DNA of 61,231 nucleotides from a virus (Duplodnaviria > Caudoviricetes). The stretch lies in IMG/VR virus record IMGVR_UViG_3300043420_000933, positions 1-61,231 of that record; one strand, 5' to 3'. Made by a program: the position numbers and the translations under genes. Below are positions 47,205 to 56,604 of this stretch, piece after piece. Each line of letters begins with the position of its first letter. The stretch's first letter is position 1. The notes under the pieces were generated by a model. The model was not told the DNA's origin, made no database searches, and worked only from the letters and a program-made list of their open reading frames with translations.

Positions 47205-47378
47205 TTATTGAGCATTTTGTTGTTTTAGTTTCTCGTCTTCAATGTGTTGTTGAAGAAGTGCTAAGTAAATATCTCTTTCCCAAGGCATCATATTTTCAAC
47301 ATCCCCAATCGGCCATTTATGAAATTGAAGTAATGCAAAATTAATTCTAAAGTATGACTCCAATTCCATATATGCCAT
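47205..47378 (-). CDS. gp51: Baseplate hub assembly catalyst gp51
   Basis: Manual translation ...YFRINFALLQFHKW...VENMMPWERDIY; directly after gp26. Confidence 0.8.
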   Translation of the reverse strand: MAYMELESYFRINFALLQFHKWPIGDVENMMPWERDIYLALLQQHIEDEKLKQQNAQ

Positions 47379-47380
47379 AC

Positions 47381-48109
47381 TCAACCGAAAAAAGATGTTA
47401 AACCCTCCAACGTAACTTCACTTTCCATTCCAGTTTTTGGATTCTTAACTTTTACTTTATGTGCAAGTTTTGGCATCGTATTAAAGAAATTTTCAACCTG
47501 CTTGAATTGATTAGCATCAAGTGTTTCAATCCAAGAAACTAATTCCTTTTTTGTGCAATCAGATGCTGCCCAACTTTCTTCCTCATTAAAAATTACATCA
47601 ATACAAGAGGCAATAATGTCCAAAGACTTTTCAATATTTGATGCACTTTGTTCTGTACTAAAATCAAAGTTGTTTTTAATGAACTGGTCTAAAGATGGAT
47701 ATTTCATTCTTAAAACTAAAGAACTATCAAGTTTAATATCCGTACTATGGTTTTCTTCTTTTTGAACTTGAATTTCATCAATATAAATTGTGACTGGAAC
47801 TTGAGTTTCCATATCATCACTACAAGTGATAATTAAGTCAACAGATTCACCAACAGATTTTGAACGAAGGTTTAAGAACAAATATTCAATGTCAAAAGTT
47901 GGAAGTTCTTCTATTTTAATTCCTTTGGTTAAAATGCAATCTTTTAATACTTGTTTAATTGCACTTGTAATTTCTTTTGTATCTTGACTTTCAAGAGCAA
48001 GAATTAATATCTTTTCTTCTTTGACTAGAAATGGTCTGTATTTAATTGTTTTTCCAGTTGAGGGTAAAACCAATTCATATGTTGGTACAGAAATCTTAGG
48101 TAATGGCAT
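47381..48109 (-). CDS. gp26: Baseplate hub subunit gp26
   Basis: MPLPKI..PTYEL.LPSTGKTIKYRPFLVKEEK...FDIEYLFLNLRSKSVGE. Confidence 0.9.
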   Translation of the reverse strand: MPLPKISVPTYELVLPSTGKTIKYRPFLVKEEKILILALESQDTKEITSAIKQVLKDCILTKGIKIEELPTFDIEYLFLNLRSKSVGESVDLIITCSDDMETQVPVTIYIDEIQVQKEENHSTDIKLDSSLVLRMKYPSLDQFIKNNFDFSTEQSASNIEKSLDIIASCIDVIFNEEESWAASDCTKKELVSWIETLDANQFKQVENFFNTMPKLAHKVKVKNPKTGMESEVTLEGLTSFFG

Positions 48110-48137
48110 AATTCAATAGTTCAGTTCTTTTATTTAT

Positions 48138-48836
48138 TTACGTCCTTGCTTTGTGTTTTTCAATCACATAACGTGAATAACTAAAAGTAACTATTGTTTT
48201 AGTGATTGTACTTCCTTCATAAGTTACTGGCATTGCTGCTATGTTTGTAGGAAATGCATCAATTAAACGATAAGTTATTCTTGGTACATCATTAGTTGTA
48301 TCCAAATCTCTTTCAAATTTTACAATTGATATAATTCTTTTATATGAGTCGGGATATCTAAGTCTAAAAAAGTCTGGACGATTTTTTGCGTTTCCTTGTC
48401 CTCTCGGATTTGGTTGAAACTCTCCACCATCTGTATAAATGGGATTGATATAATTCATCCATTCCTCAAAAAGACGAATAAGTTTATAATCATAATCAAC
48501 ATAGAAAGTCATCGTCACGTCAGGATAAACTCTTTTAGTTGGAAATCTTTCTATCACCCCTTGACGTGACCCAATCTCCTCTGTAACATCAAAAGTTGCA
48601 CCAGGAAGTGAGGTCTCTGCACAATAAAAATCAAATAAATTTGAGACTTCCAAATTATCTGTAATTTCAGCTTTTTTCAACCATCCCATCAAATTAACAT
48701 CATTATTAGTCAAGTGCAATGATACTTTAAATTGACTAGTGAGAGATAATTTACTAAAGATTTTTAATGCTTCATCTGTTGTCTTATACAAAAAACCAAC
48801 TTCAGGTTGTCCTGCTCCTGGTCCTCTTGATGCCAT
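48138..48836 (-). CDS. Tail-tube-like baseplate protein (gp54-like initiator)
   Basis: CAETSLPG...TMTFYVDYDY..IRLFEEWMNYI...YRLIDAFP. Confidence 0.7.
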   Translation of the reverse strand: MASRGPGAGQPEVGFLYKTTDEALKIFSKLSLTSQFKVSLHLTNNDVNLMGWLKKAEITDNLEVSNLFDFYCAETSLPGATFDVTEEIGSRQGVIERFPTKRVYPDVTMTFYVDYDYKLIRLFEEWMNYINPIYTDGGEFQPNPRGQGNAKNRPDFFRLRYPDSYKRIISIVKFERDLDTTNDVPRITYRLIDAFPTNIAAMPVTYEGSTITKTIVTFSYSRYVIEKHKART

Positions 48837-48867
48837 TTATAAATACGATTAAGATTATATAATATGT

Positions 48868-49332
48868 ATGCCTCGTAACGAAGATAGTAAATATAGACAA
48901 GGAAAATACAGACCACAAAACCCAGAAAAATATAATGGTGACCCAACAAATATAGTTTATAGGTCATCATATGAATTAAAGTTTATGCAATATTGTGACC
49001 TAACTGAAAGTGTGAATACCTGGAAATCTGAAGAGTTTTGGATTCCCTATCGTTCTCCAATTGACAATAAAATTCACAGATATTTTCCAGACTTCTTTGT
49101 TAAATATAAAGACAAAAATGGAAATAACAGACACCTAGTTGTAGAGATTAAACCACAAAAAGATTTAAAGATGCCAGAAACAAACCCAAAAAGAAAAACA
49201 AAATCTTGGGCATACGCAGTCAAAACTTGGGCAGTCAATCAAGCAAAGTGGGAAGCAGCAAGAGAATATTGTGCTGATAGAAATTATGAGTTCCGTGTGC
49301 TGACAGAAAAAGAATTAGGTATAAAAATATGA
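48868..49332 (+). CDS. gp4: Head completion protein gp4
   Basis: YRPQNPEKYNGDPTNIVYRSSYE...HRYFPDF...VNQAKWEAA. Confidence 0.92.
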   Translation: MPRNEDSKYRQGKYRPQNPEKYNGDPTNIVYRSSYELKFMQYCDLTESVNTWKSEEFWIPYRSPIDNKIHRYFPDFFVKYKDKNGNNRHLVVEIKPQKDLKMPETNPKRKTKSWAYAVKTWAVNQAKWEAAREYCADRNYEFRVLTEKELGIKI

Positions 49333-49826
49333 TAGCAGAAGAAATTATAAAAGGAACAGGAGGAAAATATAAAAGCACTAGTTGGTATGTGAATTCTTTG
49401 ATGAATTCTTTATTAGAATATAATAAAAAAAATATTAATCAGTTGGATACGAGTTTTATTATTCCAGGAGATTTGGTATTTTTTATGTATAGTGCTAAGT
49501 ACCCTCAACGATATGATTATTGGGATATGCATCCTTTATCTTATATCATTGAAGTGAATCCAAGAGAAGGTTCTTTTTTGGGTTCAAACCTCCATTATCT
49601 GACACCAAAATATCGTGAAGCAGTTGCAAATTCTTATCTAAATAAATCAGGTATTGTAAATGCACCCAAGAAAACTTTACATAAATATCTCTTCTCTGGA
49701 GTAATGAGTGATTTCTTCAAAGTGCCTGAAGGAGAATGGGGAGGAGTATCCTTACTTCCTACAGAGAAATTTGTAGATAAAAGAGGACAACCAGTATTTA
49801 AAACTAAAGTTTGGGACGCACCATAA
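49329..49826 (+). CDS. gp2: DNA end protector protein gp2-like
   Basis: PGDLVFFMY.AKY...YWDMHPL...FLGSNLHYL...LPTEKFV. Confidence 0.75.
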   Translation: MIAEEIIKGTGGKYKSTSWYVNSLMNSLLEYNKKNINQLDTSFIIPGDLVFFMYSAKYPQRYDYWDMHPLSYIIEVNPREGSFLGSNLHYLTPKYREAVANSYLNKSGIVNAPKKTLHKYLFSGVMSDFFKVPEGEWGGVSLLPTEKFVDKRGQPVFKTKVWDAP

Positions 49827-51386
49827 ATGGCGTATGTAACACTAAAAGATGAATATTATACTTCTGGTTTAGGTCCTCTTGGTCCTAGTCCTCTTGGAAT
49901 TAGATATGACCCAGAAACTGGCGATTATGAATTAAAAGCAAAAAGTGCTCTAGGTTATGATGTTGGAATTGGTCTAGCAATATTTTTTAAGAATGGTAGT
50001 TGGACAAGTGATGCAATAATAGACCCAAAATTATTTGTAGATGGTGATCCAAATAAACCAACACAATTAGCAAAAGATTTAGCAATTGATATTAATAAAA
50101 AAGCATATGCTGCATATCAAACTTTAGGGGGGTCAGCAAAAGGAAATAAAATTAACGCAGCAGCACAACCACAAAACCAAGGAAGATTTATTGTTAATAA
50201 TTCTTTTCCCGGAACAAATCCTGGAATTGCTTCTGCCGTACCGGGTGGGAATGCCCTTACTTCCCCACCCGGACAAGGAAACTTTTTTGATCCTGGTCTG
50301 GGAATACAAGATATATACAAAGATTTTAAAAGTGTTAACGAAGATGATTTGTTTAAAAAATACAAGGGTGGTATTTTAAAATACCCACTGGATATTCTTG
50401 AAAATGAACAAGATACCCTTCATATTGAAATGTTTAGGTATCGTCCACCTCTTGGGGACTTATTTGATCCAGCACCAGGAACAACAGTAAATATTGCTGA
50501 AATATTTACAAGTGGAGTTCAAAGAAATAGTGCATTAAAAGGTGGACTAAAAGATCGTATAGGAACCGTCATTTTACCAATTCCTGCAGGAATATCAGAC
50601 TCCAATAATGTGGAGTGGGGGGATGATAAAATGAATAATATGACAATTGCAGTGACTGGTGCTGTTTCTCAAAATTTAGGTGGAGCTGTTGCTGCAGCAG
50701 CTGGAACTCAACTTGCTGCAGCTTTTGCAGATTTTAAAAAGGTTCCCTTACCAAAGGCAAATATAAATCAATTACTATTGCTGGGAATGGCAAATCCAAG
50801 TTTTAATAGTCCTGAATTAAAAACAGCATTAATGTCAATGATATTAAAAAATGCTCAGTTTAATGTTTCACCAGAAAGTATTTTAGCAAGAGGTGTCGGA
50901 TTAGTTCCCAATTCAAATCTTGAGTTATTGTTTAGAGGTCCAACTCTCCGTCAATTCCAATTTGCATATCGTTTTAGTCCAAGAAGTGAAGGAGAGGCAA
51001 AAGATGTAAGAAGAATTATTAGATTCTTCAAGCAAGGAAGTGCTGCTAGAAAACTAAATGCATCAGGAGGTGCTGGACAAGCATCAGTTTTTCTTGGTTC
51101 TCCAAATGTATTTAAGTTGGAATACAAAACAACAAATCAAGATCCTATTGCAGGAGTAAATAAATTTAAAATATGTGCTCTTCAAGGAGTGTCTGTAAAT
51201 TATGCACCTGATGGTCAATGGTCTGCATACGAAAAAGGGCAACCTGTTTCCTATACAATGACACTAGGATTTCAAGAAATTGAACCAATTTATGAGAGTG
51301 ATTATCAAGATACTATCTTCAAAAAGAATAATATTGATTTAGGAAATGATTATGCAAAAATTACCGACGACGATATAGGATACTGA
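49827..51386 (+). CDS. gp48: Baseplate tail-tube cap gp48
   Basis: LELLFRGPTLRQFQF.YRFSPRS..EA...L.FQEIEPIY. Confidence 0.88.
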   Translation: MAYVTLKDEYYTSGLGPLGPSPLGIRYDPETGDYELKAKSALGYDVGIGLAIFFKNGSWTSDAIIDPKLFVDGDPNKPTQLAKDLAIDINKKAYAAYQTLGGSAKGNKINAAAQPQNQGRFIVNNSFPGTNPGIASAVPGGNALTSPPGQGNFFDPGLGIQDIYKDFKSVNEDDLFKKYKGGILKYPLDILENEQDTLHIEMFRYRPPLGDLFDPAPGTTVNIAEIFTSGVQRNSALKGGLKDRIGTVILPIPAGISDSNNVEWGDDKMNNMTIAVTGAVSQNLGGAVAAAAGTQLAAAFADFKKVPLPKANINQLLLLGMANPSFNSPELKTALMSMILKNAQFNVSPESILARGVGLVPNSNLELLFRGPTLRQFQFAYRFSPRSEGEAKDVRRIIRFFKQGSAARKLNASGGAGQASVFLGSPNVFKLEYKTTNQDPIAGVNKFKICALQGVSVNYAPDGQWSAYEKGQPVSYTMTLGFQEIEPIYESDYQDTIFKKNNIDLGNDYAKITDDDIGY

Positions 51387-51387
51387 T

Positions 51388-52230
51388 ATGTCATACTTTA
51401 GAGAACTTCCCAATTTTGAGTATATCTCAAACTTTCCAAATCAAAGTTTTAATGATGATTACACAATAACAAAAAATCTATTTAAAAGAGCAAAAATCAG
51501 AGATGACATTGCAAATTCTGTTACTGCATTTGAATATTATCAAATAACAGACAATGAAAGACCAGACCAAGTAGCACAAAAAGTTTATAATGATTCAAGT
51601 CTAGACTGGGTTATTTTAATCACAAATAACATCACAAATTTAAATGATCAATGGCCTTTAGATAATAATAGTCTTTACAAATACCTATTAGACAAATATG
51701 GTGATGATGAAACTATAGGAGAAGTTCATCATTATGAAACAATAGAAGTTAGAGATGATTTTGATAGATTAATCATTCCTGGTGGTTTACAAGTTGACCC
51801 ACAAAAAACACTATCATTTACAACAAATTCTACAGATACTGAATATAATCTATCTGAGTTTCCAAGTGCTGATGCAGACAATGTAATTACAATTAATTTA
51901 AATCAATTTGTTCGTGTTTTTGGTAATTATGTAACAAACGAAAATACAGATGCCATTGTAAAAGATATTGAAACTAACAAATCATTTTTACAAGTAAAGG
52001 CAAGAGATACTGATACCCCAATCTCAATTACAAATACTTTATCCGATTGGCCCAATAGTTGGGGTGGAAGTTTTACAGTAGTAGGAAGAAATAGCATATC
52101 AACAACAATACAAGTCGGTGATGTTGTATTTGATAATGATGTTGTGTTAGACCCAACATTGTATGAAATTGTTGGAGAACTTCAAGATGGAAAAGTAGTT
52201 CCAGTGTTTAAATTCTTACCTCAATCCTAA
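51388..52230 (+). CDS. gp53: Baseplate wedge gp53, N-terminal part
   Basis: MSYFRELPNFEY...KNLFKR...ERPDQVA..VY.DSSLDWVILITNNI...HHYET. Confidence 0.85.
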   Translation: MSYFRELPNFEYISNFPNQSFNDDYTITKNLFKRAKIRDDIANSVTAFEYYQITDNERPDQVAQKVYNDSSLDWVILITNNITNLNDQWPLDNNSLYKYLLDKYGDDETIGEVHHYETIEVRDDFDRLIIPGGLQVDPQKTLSFTTNSTDTEYNLSEFPSADADNVITINLNQFVRVFGNYVTNENTDAIVKDIETNKSFLQVKARDTDTPISITNTLSDWPNSWGGSFTVVGRNSISTTIQVGDVVFDNDVVLDPTLYEIVGELQDGKVVPVFKFLPQS

Positions 52231-52243
52231 ATAAAAATAAAAA

Positions 52244-52537
52244 ATGGCAACTCCATTACCTGGTGTAAAAGTAAAAATAACTACACAAAAACAAGATACT
52301 AAAATTACTTCACCTACTGGAAACATAGTATCAACAAAAGATAGTTTTAAAGTGGTTACAAATTATGAATATGAAGTTGACCAAAATGAAAAGAAAAGAC
52401 TTATTTTAATCCTAAAACCAGAATACCTATCCGTTTTCATAAGTGATATGAAGAATATTATGAAATATGATGAGTCTTCTCAATACATAAACCGAACAAC
52501 TAAACGTGGTTATAATCCAAAAATCACAGGGATTTGA
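52244..52537 (+). CDS. Baseplate wedge gp53, separate C-terminal part
   Basis: VTNYEYE...NEKKRLILILKPEYL, the usual gp53 C-terminal motif. Confidence 0.75.
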   Translation: MATPLPGVKVKITTQKQDTKITSPTGNIVSTKDSFKVVTNYEYEVDQNEKKRLILILKPEYLSVFISDMKNIMKYDESSQYINRTTKRGYNPKITGI

Positions 52538-52602
52538 ACCCTACGGACAAAAAAAATACCCCCGATTTTTTCGAGGGTAAAATGAATTTAAAAGTTGATT
52601 TT
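52537..52602. repeat. Dispersed intergenic element, copy 2, containing the gp32 terminator-like stem
   Basis: taccc-ccga...tcga-gggta stem with T-run on minus strand; colinear with 19088-19152. Confidence 0.55.
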
Positions 52603-52606
52603 AAAA

Positions 52607-53545
52607 TCAGGACTCTGCCAACTTTTGGAAGTATGAGAGAGCATCGTCCTCATCTTCATCATCTTCACTACTAGAAAATTTACTAGAACTCAAACTATTC
52701 AGTTCTGAACGAAGATTGCTTGGGAGTTCAGAAGACTTTCCAGTCCTTTCATTTTCCCATTCTTTTTCTTCATCAATAGTTTCTGGATCTTGCATCTTAG
52801 GAACACCACGAAGACCCAAAGTGTACTCAAGACGTTTTTTCAAATCATCATATGACTTGAATTGGGATGCATCAGTAAAATCATTCAGATTATGAAGAGA
52901 CTTATAGATTTTCTCAAGTTCATCGTCATCATCAAGAAGAATTGAAGGTGAAGCAAACTCTGATTTATCGTAGTTCCAATATCCATCTTTCTTGACTAGT
53001 TTCAGTTTGAAGTTTGCTCCTTTCCAAAAGTCAAATGGGTTGATTGGTTCTTCATCATCAAATTCAGGTTGCATTGCTGCAGTAATCTTATCAAAAACTT
53101 TTTTGCCAAACTTATAAAGGAATACTCTACCTTCATTTGCAGGATTGACAGGATCCTTTACAACATAAATGTTTGCAAAATATGAAAGTTTGCGTTTTTG
53201 TTTACGTGCTTCATCTTTATCTCGTTCAGAACCAGAGTTCCAAAGAACACGATTCTTTTCGCATACAGGGCAGTTTTGACCCAAAGTGGTAAGACAATTA
53301 TCAATCAACCAACCACCAGGACCTTGGAATGCGTGGGACCAAACTTGAACCCAAGGAAGGTCACAACCATCTGGAGCAGGAAGAAAACGAATAATTGCTG
53401 AACCAGTTCCACCTTTATCCATTACAGGTTTCCAAAAACGTTCGTCTTCTTTGGAACCATTATCATTTAATTTTTCAACTTGTTTAATAAGTTTTTCAGT
53501 CAAGGAACCCATTTTGGATTGCTTTTTGAGATCCTGAAAGCTCAT
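52607..53545 (-). CDS. gp32: Single-stranded DNA-binding protein gp32
   Basis: DERFWKP..DK.GTGSAIIRFLP...HAFQGPGGW...CPVCE; acidic tail. Confidence 0.95.
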   Translation of the reverse strand: MSFQDLKKQSKMGSLTEKLIKQVEKLNDNGSKEDERFWKPVMDKGGTGSAIIRFLPAPDGCDLPWVQVWSHAFQGPGGWLIDNCLTTLGQNCPVCEKNRVLWNSGSERDKDEARKQKRKLSYFANIYVVKDPVNPANEGRVFLYKFGKKVFDKITAAMQPEFDDEEPINPFDFWKGANFKLKLVKKDGYWNYDKSEFASPSILLDDDDELEKIYKSLHNLNDFTDASQFKSYDDLKKRLEYTLGLRGVPKMQDPETIDEEKEWENERTGKSSELPSNLRSELNSLSSSKFSSSEDDEDEDDALSYFQKLAES

Positions 53546-53619
53546 TTGTATTCTCCGTATTAGTAGTATTGAGACGTATTGTACGTATTAATTGTAGCAG
53601 GCATTCGGTCAATCGTCAA
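53546..53619 (-). promoter_or_regulatory. gp32 early promoter and AATAC-repeat leader
   Basis: TTGACG-17-TACAAT (53591-53619); five AATAC units before the ATG. Confidence 0.7.
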
Positions 53620-53941
53620 GAGAATCCTCAAGTGCATTGATGGATTTCTCCATCTTCTCGAATAACACAGACACATTATTCACTGGACCAATTCCAAACA
53701 TTTGTGCTGATTCAAGAATCGCATTTTTCATCTCTATTGCATCTGGATCATCAGACAAAGAAATTCTAAAAATAAAGTTTTTTTGTTTTTCTAGAAACAA
53801 CTTCATCTTACCGAGATGCTCCTTTTTCCTTTCTTTACTGAAGAAAGGAAGTTCAAACATTTCTTTAAATATTTCTTTCTGAAGATCATCAAGTTCTTTC
53901 AATGATTCTCTGACCACATCTGAATCAAAAAATCTACTCAT
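53609..53941 (-). CDS. Conserved cyanophage protein (DUF1825-like)
   Basis: FFDSDVVR...LEKQK.FIFRISLSDDPDA. Confidence 0.75.
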   Translation of the reverse strand: MSRFFDSDVVRESLKELDDLQKEIFKEMFELPFFSKERKKEHLGKMKLFLEKQKNFIFRISLSDDPDAIEMKNAILESAQMFGIGPVNNVSVLFEKMEKSINALEDSLDD

Positions 53942-54528
53942 AGTACATTCTCCTTCAGAATTTTTTTATACCTATCTACTTCTATATTTAGAAAGGGTTT
54001 ATATTTTTTAATTCTTAAACTTACGGATTCCCACACTGGATCAGTAAGTTTCTTATCAAATCTTTTTACATAATCAAGAATTATATCAAGTACAACCATC
54101 GTTTCTAAAGACACCTCCTTAGAAAAATATAACTTTAATATTTCTGGATGACGATTTGTACTAATATCAAACATTTTTTCAAAATTTTCTTTTGTAAAAA
54201 TACTTTCTATTTCACTTTTAAATAAGTAAGTCAATGACTGGGACTTTTTTAACCAATTGGAATAAACATCTTCTCCGCACTTAATAATCTCACCAATCCA
54301 AAGTGATTGTGGGTCATCACATTCAACAAAATTTGCAACAAAATATGCTTTGATTTCTTCGTCATTTTTTTGACGAGAGGTTCTTTCAAAAAAATACCTA
54401 TCTTTTCTCTTATGAAAAGAGTCCAGAGATGCTCTGGACTTTCCACAGTATTTAAAGTAATCGTAGTTTTCTTTTGTAAAATGATTTTTGAACGCAAGAT
54501 ACTGACGGAATACTTCAAACGGGGTCAT
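53938..54528 (-). CDS. gp59: Helicase loader gp59
   Basis: MTPFEVF..YLAFKNHFT...YDYFKY.GK.RAS..SF.KRKDRYFFE. Confidence 0.9.
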   Translation of the reverse strand: MTPFEVFRQYLAFKNHFTKENYDYFKYCGKSRASLDSFHKRKDRYFFERTSRQKNDEEIKAYFVANFVECDDPQSLWIGEIIKCGEDVYSNWLKKSQSLTYLFKSEIESIFTKENFEKMFDISTNRHPEILKLYFSKEVSLETMVVLDIILDYVKRFDKKLTDPVWESVSLRIKKYKPFLNIEVDRYKKILKENVL

Positions 54529-54706
54529 TATATTTTTTCCATCCTTTATAGTGTTTTCTTTTTTCATTTAAAACTTCACTTATAGAACCTTCATTCAAAT
54601 TAAATTTTCTACATAAAGTTCTAACACCTTTACCTTCATATACAACTCCATCAGGAGAAATTAGTTTGTATTCTTTTTCTAATTTTTTGGATATTAATAC
54701 TCTCCC
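54515..54706 (-). pseudogene. Start-less remnant of a homing endonuclease C-terminal DNA-binding domain
   Basis: Manual translation KEYKLISPDGVVYEGKGVRTLCRKFNLNEGSISEVLNEKRKHYKGWK; no ATG after the upstream TAA. Confidence 0.7.
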
Positions 54707-54753
54707 TTATAAATAGTAATGCGAACAAACCAGGCATTATTATATAGTTTATT

Positions 54754-55008
54754 TTATAAGGGTAATTTAGCACGAGTAGTTTTTTTCAAAAAATTCAATT
54801 GAGTAGCATCATTTTTAATTTTTTCTTTCAATGGTTTTGAAATTAATTTTGATATTGTCTCAATCTCAATACTATTTTCTTCGCAATAAGTAACAATTGC
54901 ATCAATATAATTAATTTTAGAGTTTTTTACAATGCTCTCTATATCTTGAGCAAATTTTTGAGGACATAAAAATTTGCTCTTTAATTCGTCTTTGAGTTTA
55001 TCATTCAT
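54754..55008 (-). CDS. gp33: Late transcription co-activator gp33
   Basis: KFAQDIE.IV....NYIDAIV.YCEEN.IEIE...KLISKPLKEK. Confidence 0.9.
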   Translation of the reverse strand: MNDKLKDELKSKFLCPQKFAQDIESIVKNSKINYIDAIVTYCEENSIEIETISKLISKPLKEKIKNDATQLNFLKKTTRAKLPL

Positions 55009-55678
55009 ATTCGTGAAGTTTATCTCTAACAAATTCTCTAATATATTCGGTGAGTAATTTGATGTATTTTGATTTGTCATATTCTTCATATACAACGCAT
55101 TCTCCATTTTCGCAAGACATAATGATTACAAATTTCTTTACCATTATACCAGTAAGTTCATATAACATACAAGCATAAGCAGCACATTGAACAAAATAAT
55201 GTTCAATCCAATCTCTTGGTTTTGGTTTTTTGGATGTTTTGAAATCTATAATTGCTAATTCCTGATTGTATTCTGCAATACAATCCACTGTTCCTGCAAT
55301 TCCCAACACTTTACTATACAGAGAATTTTCAAGTGCGTGAATATTATTTATATTATTCAGATAAGGTCTAGCAATTCCAAACAAAACCTGAGAAATAGGC
55401 AAGATATCTTTTGGTAATTGTTCATTTTTCAAATACATCTCACACAAAGTATGCATATCAGTTCCACGACTAGTTGCTTGCTTTGTGATTTTGTTTGCAG
55501 TTTCCTCCCCAACTTTTTGCCTCCACTCTGCAAAAAATTGACGATTTTTATGACTCGTTACAGAAGTGATGGAAACAAGTTTTAAAAGTTCATCCTCATC
55601 AGGTACAGAATAATATCTTACCCCATCAATCGTTTCTCTCTCAAGTTTAGGTAATTCAATATCAATATAATTAAACAT
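55001..55678 (-). CDS. PD-(D/E)XK exonuclease
   Basis: RGTDMH...AGTVDCIAEY...IIDFKTS...YFVQCAAYA. Confidence 0.88.
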   Translation of the reverse strand: MFNYIDIELPKLERETIDGVRYYSVPDEDELLKLVSITSVTSHKNRQFFAEWRQKVGEETANKITKQATSRGTDMHTLCEMYLKNEQLPKDILPISQVLFGIARPYLNNINNIHALENSLYSKVLGIAGTVDCIAEYNQELAIIDFKTSKKPKPRDWIEHYFVQCAAYACMLYELTGIMVKKFVIIMSCENGECVVYEEYDKSKYIKLLTEYIREFVRDKLHEYE

Positions 55679-55696
55679 TAAGACCCCACTCTTCCT

Positions 55697-56455
55697 TTAA
55701 AGACTCAAAGTTTCTTTAGCAATAATAAACTCTCGAACTAAACCTGACCTAACAATATCATCTACACCAAATTCAATAATATCAAAAGACGGCATGGTGC
55801 GTAAAATTTTCATAAAATCAATAATACCATTTTTTTCACTTGTTTTTATAAGGTCACTTTGAGTAGCATCTCCACAAAACATAATTTTACAATTTTCACC
55901 AACACGAGTAATAATAGAGCATAACTCATGGAAATTTGCGTTCTGGAATTCATCAACAATCACAATAGCATTATCAAGAGTCGTTCCACGAAGGAATGAG
56001 GTAGACCAAAACTTAATGGTTTCTTGTGACTTTAAATTTCCATAAAGCATTTCAAAGTCTGCATCAGAAGGCATCTGGAACATATACTTAACCATATTCT
56101 TGTAAGGAATCTGGTAAATATCTGCTTTATCATCGTGACTCCCAGGCAAGAATCCAATTTCACGAGTTGCAACTAATGAACGAACAATATAAACTCTTTC
56201 ATAAGGAGTTACTTCATCAAGTACATCTTGAAGAGCATTGTAAAGAGTAATAAAAGTTTTACCTGTACCAGCACAACCATAAGCAACAATATGCTTTTGA
56301 TTTTTATAAGATTCAAAAAGTTTCTTTTGATTTTCTGTCAAAGGTTCAATATCAATCAGGTAATCTGAACTGATTGGTTTTCTCCTCTTCATTTGTTTTG
56401 CAGTCATACCAATACCAATTGGTTGATTGTCATTACTTCTTCTTTTTCTTGCCAT
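55697..56455 (-). CDS. phoH: PhoH-like ATPase
   Basis: GCAGTGKT, REIGFLPG, STSFLRG, VDEFQN, GDATQSD. Confidence 0.95.
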   Translation of the reverse strand: MARKRRSNDNQPIGIGMTAKQMKRRKPISSDYLIDIEPLTENQKKLFESYKNQKHIVAYGCAGTGKTFITLYNALQDVLDEVTPYERVYIVRSLVATREIGFLPGSHDDKADIYQIPYKNMVKYMFQMPSDADFEMLYGNLKSQETIKFWSTSFLRGTTLDNAIVIVDEFQNANFHELCSIITRVGENCKIMFCGDATQSDLIKTSEKNGIIDFMKILRTMPSFDIIEFGVDDIVRSGLVREFIIAKETLSL

Positions 56456-56567
56456 TAAAATTTCTGTAAGTGATTTGCAATTTTTACTATATGATTAGTA
56501 AATAAGGTTTAGATATAACTTCAAGATTATAGAATTTATCTCCCACTTTTAATTCGGGATGTTTCAT
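56455..56567 (-). pseudogene. Internally deleted endonuclease remnant
   Basis: MKHPELKVGDKFYNLEVISKP joined out of frame to FTNHIVKIANHLQKF*, which resembles the FLNHIEKI tail of the HNH at 56825..57250. Confidence 0.6.
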
Positions 56568-56604
56568 ATAATTCTTAGGCACAAACCTGGTTGGAATGAT
56601 GCAT

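Noticed and set aside
55001-55678. Cas4 / CRISPR adaptation gene
   Set aside because: Standard T4-like cyanophage exonuclease in its usual phoH-gp33 context; no array or other cas genes
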